From: Hemiscyllium ocellatum
Lineage: Eukaryota
NCBI RefSeq assembly: GCF_020745735.1
Contig: NC_083434.1
Span: 35,399,966-35,463,965 of the forward strand
Reading direction: 5' to 3'
Length of the DNA: 64,000 nucleotides
Every line of letters starts with the position of its first letter. The first letter of the stretch is position 1. Below the pieces are notes generated by a model, which saw nothing but the letters and a program-made list of their open reading frames with translations, searched no databases and was not told the DNA's origin. Made by a program: the position numbers and the translations under genes. Of this stretch, positions 48,599-60,398 are shown piece after piece.

Positions 48599-49354
48599 CT
48601 TGCAAGTAAACCTGTCGGGCTATAACCTGGTATGTTACTTTTAACGTTGTACTGCCCAGTCCAACACCAGGATCTCCAAATCTTAAAAGGCTCACCTTCA
48701 CACAAAAAAGCCATTTACCTATATTTTAGAATCCAAGTTGTCAAGTAATAATAATGTATAAATCTTCATCATAGCAAGTTTAGGAAAGCATAGCTGTCTT
48801 CCTAACATGAATAATTAAGTAATATGCCATTGTCAGACAAATCCCTGATTATAAAGTGCATCTGTTTGAAACCTAACCTTTTTATGGGTTTTATAAGTGG
48901 AGGCATAGGTTACAAAATTGAAGAATTTTTACTGAACCTGTATAAAGCAATTCAACTACACTTTGACTATGGTCTCCAATTCTGGGCACCAGAGAATATA
49001 AAAGCTTTGTAAAGAGTTCAGAACGGATTTACTGGAACAGCTCCCAGGACGACGGATTACAGAGAAGATCGTGTTGCTCATCTTATCACCAAGAAACCTG
49101 AGGAGATTTGAACAGGTTGTGTAAAACTATGAAATGTTTAGACATAAATAGGAACTGTTATGCAATGGCCAGATGATAAATATTCAGATGGCCCTGATTT
49201 AACTACCTTTAAGTTGATTGGCAAAAGAATCAAGGGGTAACTGGCAGAAGACCTTTACAGAAAGACTGGTTAGGATCTGGAATGCATTCTCTCCCAGTTT
49301 CAAATTAGTGTTCAAAAGGAAACTGAGAAGAAGTCAAAAGGGGCAGACTGAGAG

Positions 49355-49668
49355 GAGACAATGGTATCATCACTGGACTGTTAATCCAGAGACCCAGCTA
49401 ATATTCTAGGGACCTGGGTTCGAATCCCACCATAGCAGATGATGGAATTTGAATTCAATAAATATCTGGGATTAAGAGTCTAAATTATGACCATGAATTA
49501 TTGTCAATTGTTGGGAAAAAACCCCATCTGGCTCACTTATGTCCTTTAGGAAAGGAAACAGTTATCCTTATCTGGTCTGGCCTACATGTGACTCTAGACC
49601 CACAACAATGTGGTTAACTATTAACTGTCCTCTGGGCAATTAGGGATGAGGAATAAATGCTGGCCTAA
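49355..49668 (+). mobile_element. second tRNA-derived SINE family, sharing its 3' tail with the LINE at 7175-8600
   Basis: GGGTTCGAATCCC B box and GGGCAATTAGGGATGAGGAATAAATGCTGGCC tail. Partial copies at ~55450-55660, ~1560-1700 (minus) and ~11200-11290. Confidence 0.8.
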
Positions 49669-49849
49669 TGTTGGGGATGGTGAATGACTAGATTTATCAT
49701 GTAAAGAATTGATACAAATTGGATGGGCTCCAACATGGGCCTAAATCACATTGCAGAGCTGCTTTGCAGAAGCTATCATGGATTAAAATAGGAAGGGGGG
49801 GGATAAGGGGCCCTGAAATGGAGAAGCACAGGGGATCAATTACAGTTGA

Positions 49850-50300
49850 TAAGTAGAAAATCAGTAGCCAATTTGCACAAAGCCAACTACAAAAAAAAAT
49901 GATAATGTTCTGATCAAAAATTTTTTGTGATGGTGACCAAGGGATAAATAATGGTCAAGACATCTGGGATAACTTCCTTGCAGTTCTTCAGATCCTCTCC
50001 AACAGGCACCTAGAATCTGGTTAAGATCTCATCAAAATGACAGCACTTCTGAGGAAGGGTCTGAGTTCTGAGGCAGGGTCACTAGACCCAAAACATTAAC
50101 TCTGATTTCTTTCCACCGATGCTGCCAGATCTGCTGAGTTTTTCCAGAAATTTCTGTTTTTACTTCTGACAATGCTGCACTTTCTCAGGATTACATGAGA
50201 GTGTCAGCCTTGATTTGTATGCTCAAAGGCCTGGCATGGAACCTAAAGCCAGCACTTATGGCTTATAGGTGAGAGTGTTCCCAACTGAGCCACTGCAACA
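49850..50300 (-). mobile_element. DeuSINE/SacSINE1-like SINE interrupted by a Penelope terminus (50053-50161, 8-bp TSD ACTTCTGA)
   Basis: GTAGCCAATTTGCAC..GGGATAAATAATGGTCAAGACA..GAGTGTCAGCCT..GAGAGTG..ACTGAGCCAC matches the reverse complement of the Deu-domain SINE as I recall it. ACTTCTGA at 50045-50052 and 50162-50169. Confidence 0.75.
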
Positions 50301-50844
50301 CTAATGAGCACAATGTTTACATGTATGTATTTCCCAGATACATAAAGCAAGTTCAGTAATCAGTTTAAAAATTTCTTATGTAAATAATATAGCAAGTATT
50401 AAAATCTCAAACTTACTACCATTGGCAAAATTTTCACATCTCTGATAGACAGGCATGTCAAGACTCCAGTGATCTCAACCTCCTGCACTTCTGTAGCTGT
50501 TAGTTGAGAGTTGGCTGGAGGTCCACATGTGGATCCCTGTTTCTACTGCATCTCTCCTGATGCAAGAATGACAAAGAGACACAGGAGTAATGACACTGAA
50601 GTGTTGAAAAGAGACCATTTCTTCAATATGACTAATGGAGAGGCATGATTTGGAATTAGCAACATGGATGTTTGTCAATGTTGGATAGACCAGTTGGGGA
50701 TGTGAGGAAATACAAAGACAGAGATGGATAGATGTGTTTGCAGGGTATGCTGTCTATGAAGAATGGAGTGCTGGAGTAGGCCTGAAAGCATAGAGTGATG
50801 GGCTTAGGGGAGAGACATATCAGGACATAGGAGAAGGCGCCACT

Positions 50845-51900
50845 GACCTTTCCTGTCTCTTTTGTGACATTGAAATGCTTCCTGAATTCAAAGAAAGAAT
50901 GTAGCACCACACTCCTGCTACCCATCTCACGTGACATTTCCAGTCATGGCATTTGGAATGTTGTGAGCAGTTTTAGGCCCTGTATCTGAGGAATGATGTG
51001 CATGCATCAGAGCGAGTCCAGAGGAGGTTTGCAAAAATGAACCCAGTGATGAAGGTATTGTCATATGAGGAGTGGTTGAGGACTCTGGGTTTGCATTTGA
51101 TTTAGTTCAGAAGGATGAGGGGGATCTGCTTGAAACTTGCGGAACGCTGAGAGGCTGAGATAGAGTGGATGTGAAGATGTTTTAACTAGTAGGAGAGACT
51201 GGACCCAAGGGCAAAGTCTCAGAGTTAAAGACTGATCCTTTCAAACTGAGATGAGGAAGAATTTCTTCAGGAAGAGGATGGTTAATTGGTGGAATTCATT
51301 GCTGCAGAGGGCTGTGGAGCGAAGTCATTGAGTGTGTTTTAAGACTGAGAGAGATAAGTTCTTGATGGCATTATAGTTTTGCCTGCCTCTGTGTCATTCA
51401 TATTGCTTTCTCAGTGCACAGGATCTTCAGTACCAGTCGTAGGGTGCCAGCTCCTGGAGCCAGCATTGCTTTTTAATGCAGAGGGAGAAGCAGGCACTTT
51501 GAACAGTGGGAAGCAATGAACAACCAAGTGAGTGAGCATGCATTGTGTGATACAATGCTACACGCTGAAACAAGTGCTGCAGGTTATGTAGCAGACGCAT
51601 GTCATGTGCATCAAGCAAATGGCCATGTACGAAAACTGAAGTAGAGAAGGAAAAGAAATGGCAGGAAAAAAAAGTGAAGAGAAACTTGATGTTGACTCAA
51701 CACAAGCCGTAGAGGTGTGATGAAGTGTTGCATATCTGCTCCCCTGTTCTGCTGCTGGTAAAGTGGAGTAGTGAATGTTTGATATTCCAAGCCTCCTTTT
51801 CCAAAGGATAGCAGTGTCTAATGGCCAGCTTGCTGAGTGCTGTGCACACTTTTTGAAACACACAATCAGCATTCTAAAAAGAATCTGGCAATGTAAGATT
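50845..51900. mobile_element. probable PIF/Harbinger relic (Myb/SANT fragment on minus, transposase C-terminal fragment on plus), split by a CR1 at ~50940-51375
   Basis: Minus strand EMSREMGSRSVV..FRKHFN..KETGK|GTCAGT (~50845-50940). Plus strand HFLKHTISILKRIWQC (~51845-51895), resembling the HARBI1-type IExTIGxLKxRFRC motif. Confidence 0.4.
50940..51375 (+). mobile_element. old CR1 LINE fragment
   Basis: ..ERVQRRF..MKVLSYEEWLRTLGL..FRRMRGDL..FQTEMRKNFF. Confidence 0.8.
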
Positions 51901-52621
51901 ATTTTACTTTGCCTTTTATTACTTAGGCAGCTGAAAGTACATGCCAGAAAATGAGCTGTTCGTGTGTTCATATTTACGGCTCACAGATGCCAGTCTATTC
52001 AACCTTCATCTCTTTCATTGTATCTTGGACATTACATAATACAACAGCAAGACCTTCAAGATGCAACATGCAGATAACAATTGTGCTGAACATATATCTG
52101 AATAAGTCATTGTAACACAACTGGACTGTATAAATAACTGAAACAACATTGGCCTACATGTCAGTCGTTATGCATGTGCTGCTTTTTCACTTCCAACAAC
52201 TCAAGTGTACTTCTCAGCTTCTGGTACACGGTTCAAGACTATATCTCCAACAGGGAAGATGGTCTGCAGTGTAAATTATTGCTCATGAAGTCACATCTCC
52301 TTCTATCTCAAGAACCTCTAGTGGGGGTCTATAGACATGGATAACCTGGAACTGCACACCTCAAGTACGGCTTACCTCCATTCGTTCCCTTGTCAGTGCT
52401 TCTCATCCTCAGTTTGCTCTGTCCACATTACCAATTAGGCATGCTAAAGTATGAAACATCTTTCAATGCTAACATGTGAAATTGAAAAAAAAGGAACAAA
52501 ATTAAAACTGTCACACATAAAAGATCTATCTTCATCAACAAAATTACAGCACATTTAGAGTTTGTGCTGCTATTTAGAGCACAAACTCAGCAAGCGTCAG
52601 CAATTGTAAAGAGCTGTTTGG

Positions 52622-52752
52622 AGGCGAAAGCAAGGACTGCAGATGCTGGAGAATAGAGTCGAGATTGGAGTGGTGCTAGAAAAGCTTAGCAGGTCAGGCA
52701 GCATCTGAGGAGCAGGAAAATCGACGTTTTGGGTAGGAGCCCTTCATCAGAA
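52622..52752 (-). mobile_element. Penelope 3' terminus with a mutated hammerhead
   Basis: Reverse complement reads CTGATGA-A-GGGC-TCCT-ACCC-AAAA-CGTC-GATTTTCCTGCTCC..CCAGCATCTGCAGTCC. Confidence 0.8.
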
Positions 52753-55700
52753 GCTATTGTGTCAAATCAACTCTAACTCCCAGGAACTTCTGACCCCTTT
52801 GTGCTTGCACACAGCTTTGCATAATATACCTAATAGTATCTAATGCAGGAGTTATCAACCTCAGAAATGGCACATCCCCTATTTGTTTATTTTTGCATTT
52901 GGTTGAGCTGGTACCATCTGCAACAATTAACCACATAACAAGCAAATAATATGTCCACAGGCTTCCAAAGGCACAATCAGCAGAATTGCCTAGAATGAAA
53001 ATTGGCTGTCAAAAATCATCTAGATGTTTGCATTAACCCCCTCCATGGGTTGCATCATTTTACTTTCCAAATAAAATATTGCTAAAATGGAAGACAATGT
53101 TACAGGTAATACCTAAAGCAAAATCGGAATTGAAATTTGGATATGACTGAAAAAGTTGGTAGTTCAGCTTGAAATGAACTCCGTGAATAACAATACATGA
53201 TCGGTTGGAAATGGATAGCTGCTTTGACGTAAGACTAGAATTGGGACGAAGGAATGTCCAAGGAATGAAGATTAATATGTTAGGTAATTTGTTGCACTCA
53301 TGCAGGCGCCTACTCTCTATTAAATGAAATTTTCATCATATAGTCTACATAACAGTTGCGTGTTAAAATATTTTTTGGTTTGACAGGTCATAAAACATAA
53401 TTTTTAAAGACAGGTGACAGAATGGATTCTTAACCCTCCAGTGCTTACAGGTTTTGTTGGTTTATAGCCAAAGCCTCAAAAGATCTTTAATAAGTTGTGA
53501 TATATTAGCTAATGCAAAAATCATTTTAATCGTACATTGCAGGTGGCCTGAGTAATTAACTTCATAAATATTTCTCAAATGTTTTACATGCAGAGATTTA
53601 ATTCAAATTTCTGATATAAGGATATATTTTAGAGATAAGAACTGTAATGTTAACCGTACAATTGATCAATTTTAATGTATTAATTCTAAAAGATGTTTAT
53701 TGTATTTTTTACTTGCTGCTAATATGCCACATAAACAGATGTGCTCAACAGTACTTTGTGTGCATTCAGCAAATTTAAAATCATTCTGAAACTCTGATTG
53801 ATAGGACCTGTTTATATTTAAAGGCAGTATCTAAAATTAAAGCACATTTGAAAAATGACAAACGTGCTATTTGATTAATCCACTGAGTGCACCAGGGGTA
53901 CTATGCATTATCGGAAAGTGTTTCCAGCAATACATCTGGTGCCCAGAGAATGCTGAGTTTGATAACAGAATAGTCATTCATACATGTCATTAAACATTAG
54001 GGAAATCCTATTTTCTAACAGCACACACTTGCTGTTTCATAAGTCACTTGTTTGTTCAAAACAAAGTTGTTTAAATACTACTCCAACCCTAGCCTTTTTC
54101 ACATTAGCAGGAACTAATAAAACATTAAATTGCATTCAAACTATAAATTAATTAAAATATAATGCTATTCACAAAATAAGTCATTTAGTTGCTTTGCCAC
54201 ATATTCAAAAGAACATTCTAAATGTACAAACGTTCATTTTAAACATTGATGTAGTCCTGTGCTGTTGTAAAGAACCATGAATGCAGAGTGAAGATCATTG
54301 AAACTCCCAACAGAAACAATCTGAGACAAGTACAAGTATGAGGGCCCTCATGGTCTTTTTTGAGAGGCTGTAAAGGGAGCATTGTTGAACTATTCTTAAC
54401 TGGGACTTGGGTTAGGGGGGACGGTTGCGAGGGAGTGGTGATGATGATACTGAACAATGTTCATGAGGCATTATACAGATATCTGAAATAGTAAATGTTT
54501 CATTTTGCTATGATATCATTCCTTATTTTCATAAATAAAATAAACCAAAGATTTAAGAAAATCTTTGACTTGTGAAGGATTTGAAAGCATTTGACGCCAC
54601 AATAACAGTCTATACTTATGTAGTGCCTTCAATATAGTAGAAACATTTCAAAATGATACACAGAAGGACAAGGTTTGACACTCAGATTTGGAGATCAAAC
54701 TCCTAACGGTCAGGACCTGGGTGGTTGAAAGCATAACTGGGAAGGCTGAATTAATAAAAATTCAATATACACAAGATAAAAATTGGAGAAATGCAAATAT
54801 TTCAAAGGTAGGATTCAAACAGCTGTGAGGCAGTACTGTATAGAAACTCACCATCTTCTCGGTATCTCAACAATTGTACTAGGCAGGAGAATCCACAGAC
54901 ATCTTTCTTGACTCAACAACAATTAAGCCCCCTGAAGTGGTCAGTTGATAACCACTGGAAAGTTTCAACTCACTAGTCCCCAATCATCTGCATCCCCTCC
55001 AGTTGGGGTGAAGGCTGCTTCCAACTGCTCCAATCTGGAGAAAATGAGAGGAACATTAACTGGCAAGTGAATGGCTTTTGAAAGCCACCTTCTTACCATT
55101 ACACCTCAGGAAGAGGTTACTCACCCAATGGAGTTTTGGACCCGGAAGCTGACAGCCTTGGATTGGCCAGCAGGTTCTGTTGACCAGTGTTGAGGCATTG
55201 TTGTACTGTCCCTCACTTACCTGTCAGATCTAAAATGAGTAAGTGAGCTCACCCGTAGGGGGTGGTGTGTTAATCAGTACCTAACACGCTTGCCTAAATT
55301 TGGAAAAATTATTGAAATATTTAAAACTTAAATTGAAACTATTATATCGAAGTTACTAGCTTGTATATTTTTCAAACATTTCAACTGCTTACAAAAGTAA
55401 ACATGCATTCTTCCTATTTTTTATAAAGATTAGTTATAGTTGGTTCTGTAATTTGAATTCAATAAATATCTGGAAATAAATGCTCGCCTAATGACAACTG
55501 TGGAAACACTCCATTGTCATTAAAAACTGTATCTGGTTCACTAATGTAGTTTAGAGAAGGAATTCTGCTATTCTTACCATGCCAGGCCTACATGTGACTC
55601 CAGAAACTGCCATATATTTGACTCTTAACTGGCCTCTGAAATGACCTAGCAACCCACTATATTGTACCAAACTGTTATATAGTCGAGATCAACCATGGGC

Positions 55701-55895
55701 ACCGACCTAGGTACCAGAAATAATGATGGCAAACAGGATAAGCCAGTGAGTTTTGTTGAAGTAATAAAGGAAAGTACAGTGCAAGGTAAAAAGCTGCAAC
55801 AGAATGTACAACTTGATCAAGGGTTGAGATGACACTGTGAATTCTTCAACCACCAGGAAACTCTTACTGACTTAAAGAGTCATTATTACACAGTA

Positions 55896-56343
55896 GAGTC
55901 ATAGAGATGGACAGCATGGAAACAGACCCTTCGGTCCAACCCGTCCATGCCGACCAGATATCCCAACCCAATCTAGTCCCACCTGCCAGCACCTGGCCCA
56001 TATCCCTCCAAACCCTTCCTATTCATATACCCATCCAAATGCCTCTTAAATGTTGCAATTGCACCAGCCTCCACCACTTCCTCTGGCAGCTCATTCCATA
56101 CACTTAACACCCTCTGTGTGAAAAAGTTGCTCCTTAGGTCTCTTTTATATCTTTCACCTCTCACCCTAAACCTATGCCCTCGAGTTCTGGACTCCCCAAC
56201 TCCAGGGAAAAGTCTTTGACTATTACCCTATCCATGCCCCTCACAATTTTGTAAATCTCTATAAGGTCACCCCTCAGCCTCCGACACTCCAGGGAAAACA
56301 GCCCCAGTCTATTCCGCCTCTCCCCATAGCTCAAATCCTCCAA
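55896..56343 (-). mobile_element. CR1 LINE 3' end inserted in an LTR-like unit (~55740-56796)
   Basis: ORFs 55973-56164 and 56161-56466 give CR1 C-terminal peptides. The flanking unit ends AGGACCAAATGCACCTCTTAA..TATCGTCACA (56796), like the LTR end at 19625-19664. Confidence 0.88.
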
Positions 56344-57454
56344 CACAAGGCACACCCTATTTAAATTAACCAAATACAGCATCAGGAATAAAAAAAAACA
56401 CTCACCACTCACTGTCTTTGAGTTCAATCTTGACAAGAGCACCCACTTTGTTATGGACCAGACCAAACCTTGACAAAGGCAAATTTCATAATTTTGAATG
56501 TCTCTTATACAATTCTAGCAATAGGAAAAGAACCCCAGCTTTTACCTGTAATAGAGAAAGGAATAAGAGCTTCCACATCCAGCTTCAAGACTCCAGCAAC
56601 TGCAGAAAGTCAAAACTATTGGGAGCTTGACCATACCCACTCAGACTGCTTCAATTGTTTCAACTTTAAAAAAAACCAAGACCTCACAAGCTGTTTACTT
56701 TTTTGACCTTGAACAGACTGCTTGACACCTCTGACTCAACCTTTCTTAACTAAAACAAACAGGACCAAATGCACCTCTTAACATTGTATCGTCACAGCAT
56801 TAATTGTGTCATATTCTTAAGCAAGTTATTGTTCTTCAGATCAGGAGAATAGCCTATGAATAATTAGGATAATGGTGTAATACAGAAAGAAGCAATGAGT
56901 TAAATGTGAAAGCGTGCATGATTGTATTATTTGTGCTGTCAATAATTGGATGGTACAGTAGCATAAACTTGATTAAGATTAATTATATTCCAAGGCTCAT
57001 AGGCCTGAATTTTCCCAGATTTTGCCTGTCAATTTTAGGGAATTTCATGAAGGTTTTCACCAGATGAACCCTGGCAACTTACCTCATGTAATCTTCATTG
57101 CTCACCTCATCAATAATGCATCTGATCCCTATGCCACTGTCACATAATCTTGTGGTCAGCAGTGGTGAAAGGGCTCACTGGAGCCACAGCTGCTTACCAG
57201 TGCTGGAATGTTCCTTATTTTACCTCAAGTACCATTTGAAACTTTCCAAGCCAGGAACTTCTCAGTATGTAGCCCTTTTATTCCAAAAGACTTGACTTGT
57301 TGGCACCTTGTTTCACTGACCGGGCTCTGAAGGTCTTGACGGATGACTGGTAGAGAGGAGGATCATCAAAAGAGACTATGGTACGAATTCTGCCAGTCTG
57401 GTCTGAAGCAGCCACCGAGGTCAGTGCAATGAGCATGTTATTTATGTCAGGAAT

Positions 57455-57540
57455 GACATAAGCCCTGATGTTGCCTGACCAGCTGTGCTTTTCCACTCTT
57501 TGACTGTGATCTCCAGCATCTGCAGTCCTTACTTTCTTCA
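57455..57540 (+). mobile_element. Penelope terminus fragment
   Basis: GATGTTGCCTGACCAGCTGTGCTTTTCCA..CTCCAGCATCTGCAGTCCTTACTTTCT. Confidence 0.7.
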
Positions 57541-57867
57541 AGGATATTTTCATGGCAGCTTCCAAGGTACTTGATGCTGGCCTCTAAGATGTGATAGCAA
57601 TGCTTACAGATGACTTGAACAGTGGAATACTTTCAGTAATGTTAAACTAAGTGCTGCTGTCATTTTGACCGCCACTGGGATAGCTTGGCCATCCATCCAT
57701 TCAGATTATGAGTCCTGTTCTACCACATGAAACAGCTCTTTTACAGGGAAGGACTCATTTGGCAGCTGCACTAAGCTTTGCTCTTCTGGAGGAAATGACA
57801 GCGAAACCCGTGCACCTTTGGCCTCTTGAACCTTCTTGCAGTCTGTGGGGACCTTCTGCTGTGACTT

Positions 57868-58141
57868 CAGGAGTCGGATTCAATTCTACTCTCAGGCGAC
57901 TGTGTGGAGTTTACATGTTCTCCCCATGGTTCTGTGGGTTTCCTTAGGGTGCTCCAATTTCCTTCCTTGAACGAAAATGTGCATGGCCAAATAAATTGCT
58001 CAGTGTCTGGGGATGTGCAGACTAGATGAATTAGCCATGGGAATCGCAGGGTTGCAGGGGTGGAGCGGATCTGGGTGGGATGCTCTTCAGAGGTTGTGTG
58101 GACTCGATGGGTCGAATGACCTACTTCCATACTGTATAGAA
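57868..58141 (+). mobile_element. degenerate HE1/V-SINE-type SINE
   Basis: GTGTGGAGTTTACATGTTCTCCCC..GTGGGTTTCC V-domain and SINE tail. Confidence 0.75.
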
Positions 58142-58454
58142 TCTGTGTTTCTCCATGTGGAAGCTGTTTGGTTGCTGCTGTTCCTGAAATTGCTGACACC
58201 TATGTGCCTCCTCAATTTCACAATACTTTCATCTGTGGGGACCCCAATAACAATAATACTTGACGTGACTGAATTTATTCAGGATGTTTACAACAAACTT
58301 AAGTGGGGAATATCAGAAACAAAGCAGTTTCTTAGTAACGTGACTTGTCACAGCAGGCACAAATTAGTCTTTACCATTGGCCTCAATGTAGAAGAACATG
58401 GAAGCCCCCAAGAATGAAGGCCATGGGATACCTCTCGATGGATCTCTGACATAT

Positions 58455-58592
58455 TAGACTCTAAAAGAAGACTCATACTGAACTTGAAATGTTAACCCTG
58501 TTTCTCTCTTCACAGGTGATGCTAGACCTGCTGAGTTTCTCCAGCCCTTTGTTTTTATTTCAGATTTCTAACATCCGCATTATTTTGTTTCA
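58455..58592 (+). mobile_element. degenerate Penelope terminus
   Basis: TTGAAATGTTAACCCTG..AGACCTGCTGAGTTTCTCCAGC..CAGATTTCTAACATCCGCA. Confidence 0.65.
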
Positions 58593-59560
58593 ATTAGAAA
58601 GTATTCAGATGAATGCAATGCCACATTGTGCAGTTAAACTATGATATCATAATTTTTTAAATGTTATACATCATTACTAACACCTTGCACTCTCCACTGC
58701 AAATGTCCAAAGAAATATAAAATTTCATTTGGGAACATCTTCTTTCAGACTTACGGTTCAATGTGAAAGGAAAACAGCCATGCACCATTGTGCAGTCTGT
58801 GAGACCTCTGGAATGTGTTTGGTAGTTCTTGACTGCAAGTGACACTTTAATTTGTAATGAGGAATGACATAGTTAGATTGTTGGTGGCCGGCATTTTGAG
58901 TCTACGTTGTTGGTCAATGAATGAGATGCATATGCAGATTTTTGTAATAGCAGATGTTTTTAATTTTAAATTTAAGTAACAACATGAAATGCATTTTCAA
59001 AAGTAGCGATTCAATCAAACAGTTTCAAGAATAACAAGAGAACTATGCCATGGTTTTTTAAACTCATTTTTGACGATCTAGAAATCCATGTTTTATGATA
59101 TCATTAGACAATTGTCTTTGTTGTGTCGTTCACTCATGTGATTCATGGAAAACTATTACTTGCTTGGAATAATTAAAACTGCCACGCATTATTTTCAAGA
59201 AATGAGGTTTCATTATCAATCCCAGTTATTGTTCGAGACTAAGATCCATTTCATAATTTCACATTACAGCAATACTGTCATAACTTATTGGAAATACAAT
59301 GAGGAGGCACTGTTGTTAGAAGAGCTGAAAATTGTGTTAGGAAGCAGTTTGCAATGCTATTCTGGAGACTTCAGTGCCAATAAAAATGAGCAGTCATCAC
59401 CTTTTAGAGCTAGTCACAAACCAACAATGTGGTATTTACATTACAAATTTTACTCTACCTCTCCCAATATTACCTCCATTCCACAGCCTGAAAACAAATG
59501 GCAAAATTGACTTCTTATGTGAATTTATTTTATTAATCTGTTCTACAAAAAGTTTACATA

Positions 59561-59766
59561 CACGTAATTCTTCTATTACGCAATGGTTACGTTCTTGTGC
59601 AATCTTGCATTATAGAACAATTGCGCTTTAGAAACAGTGCTTAAAGTGTTGGCAGTGTAATTGTGTTACAGCCGATGCATGTTTTAAAAGTTCACGCGTC
59701 AGAAACTGTGTCCCCAATTCGCCAATAGCATTACAACAAATTTGCGCATTATAGCAGAATGATCTA
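59561..59766. mobile_element. Tigger/pogo-like MITE
   Basis: Flanked by TA. Degenerate TIRs CACGTAATTCTTCTATTACGC and GCATTATAGCAGAATGATCTA, with recurrent CG-containing sub-terminal motifs. Confidence 0.55.
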
Positions 59767-60294
59767 TACTTGATGGAATGTGAAATATGCACTGATATAC
59801 ACTACAGATTGTGCAGTTTTTGCAATTGCAAATATATTGAGTCTTGTATATCCCTTCCCTTTCTTTTGCACAGGTTGATTCTATATTTACAGTCAGGCCA
59901 GTGATGACTATCTCAACTTCAGTGGCAATAATATAGTGTCAATGCAGTGCTACTATCTTGGTATGCCCGTAGCCCTTGGTTTCTTACTGGTCAGCAGTAT
60001 AAAAAGAAAAAGGAAAAAGATATCATTGGGCACCGAATTATGGTCTTACCAGCTATTTGTCAGTCTTATTGGATTATAATTTCATGCCAGGGCCTGACCA
60101 TTCCTCAGTTGGCCCCTAGGTCATTCCCACTGTGAAGAAGTGAAGTAATATTAAAAAGAAACAGTGGCACATATGCCTTCATGTTTTCCAAACTTTATGA
60201 ATTGTTTGCTGTGTTTGACAAAATACTTGAAAGTGTGTTGTCCATGTTTTTGATTGGAATCCTAAAAGAGCATATGAGCATCCCTTGGTTTAAT

Positions 60295-60398
60295 TAGAGT
60301 AAAAAGTGAGGTCTGCAGATGCTGGTGATCAGAGCTGAAAATTTGTTGCTGGTTAAAACACAGCAGGTTAGGCAGCATCCAAGGAACACATTTTCAGT
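60295..60398 (-). mobile_element. Penelope terminus with a short inverted stub; 14-bp TSD
   Basis: TSD TCCCTTGGTTTAAT at 60281-60294 and 60399-60412. ACACATTTTCAG is an inverted copy of CTGAAAATTTGT. Confidence 0.88.

Larger units (their letters stand above)
45723..48682 (+). mobile_element. Neptune-like Penelope retroelement (5'-truncated RT and GIY-YIG endonuclease, CA-rich 3' UTR, inverted ~370-bp arms)
   Basis: FYCLLKIHKANTPAHPIISG..DTTDFL..TMDISAFYTS..YTRYIDHIF..VSFLDT..LYRK (RT, 46099-47084). CHGRHCKTC Cys motif. NIIYLKHCRQGCHEAWYIGETEQRL (GIY-YIG, ~47552-47625). Stop at 47863. 45723-46097 is the reverse complement of ~48284-48645. Frameshifts and stops make it non-functional. Confidence 0.93.

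Noticed and set aside
59850-59945. Strong polypyrimidine tract and CAG acceptor as the next FARS2 exon
   Set aside because: No frame gives the expected motif-3 peptide (GWAFGLGLERLAM), and I did not see that peptide anywhere in the window.
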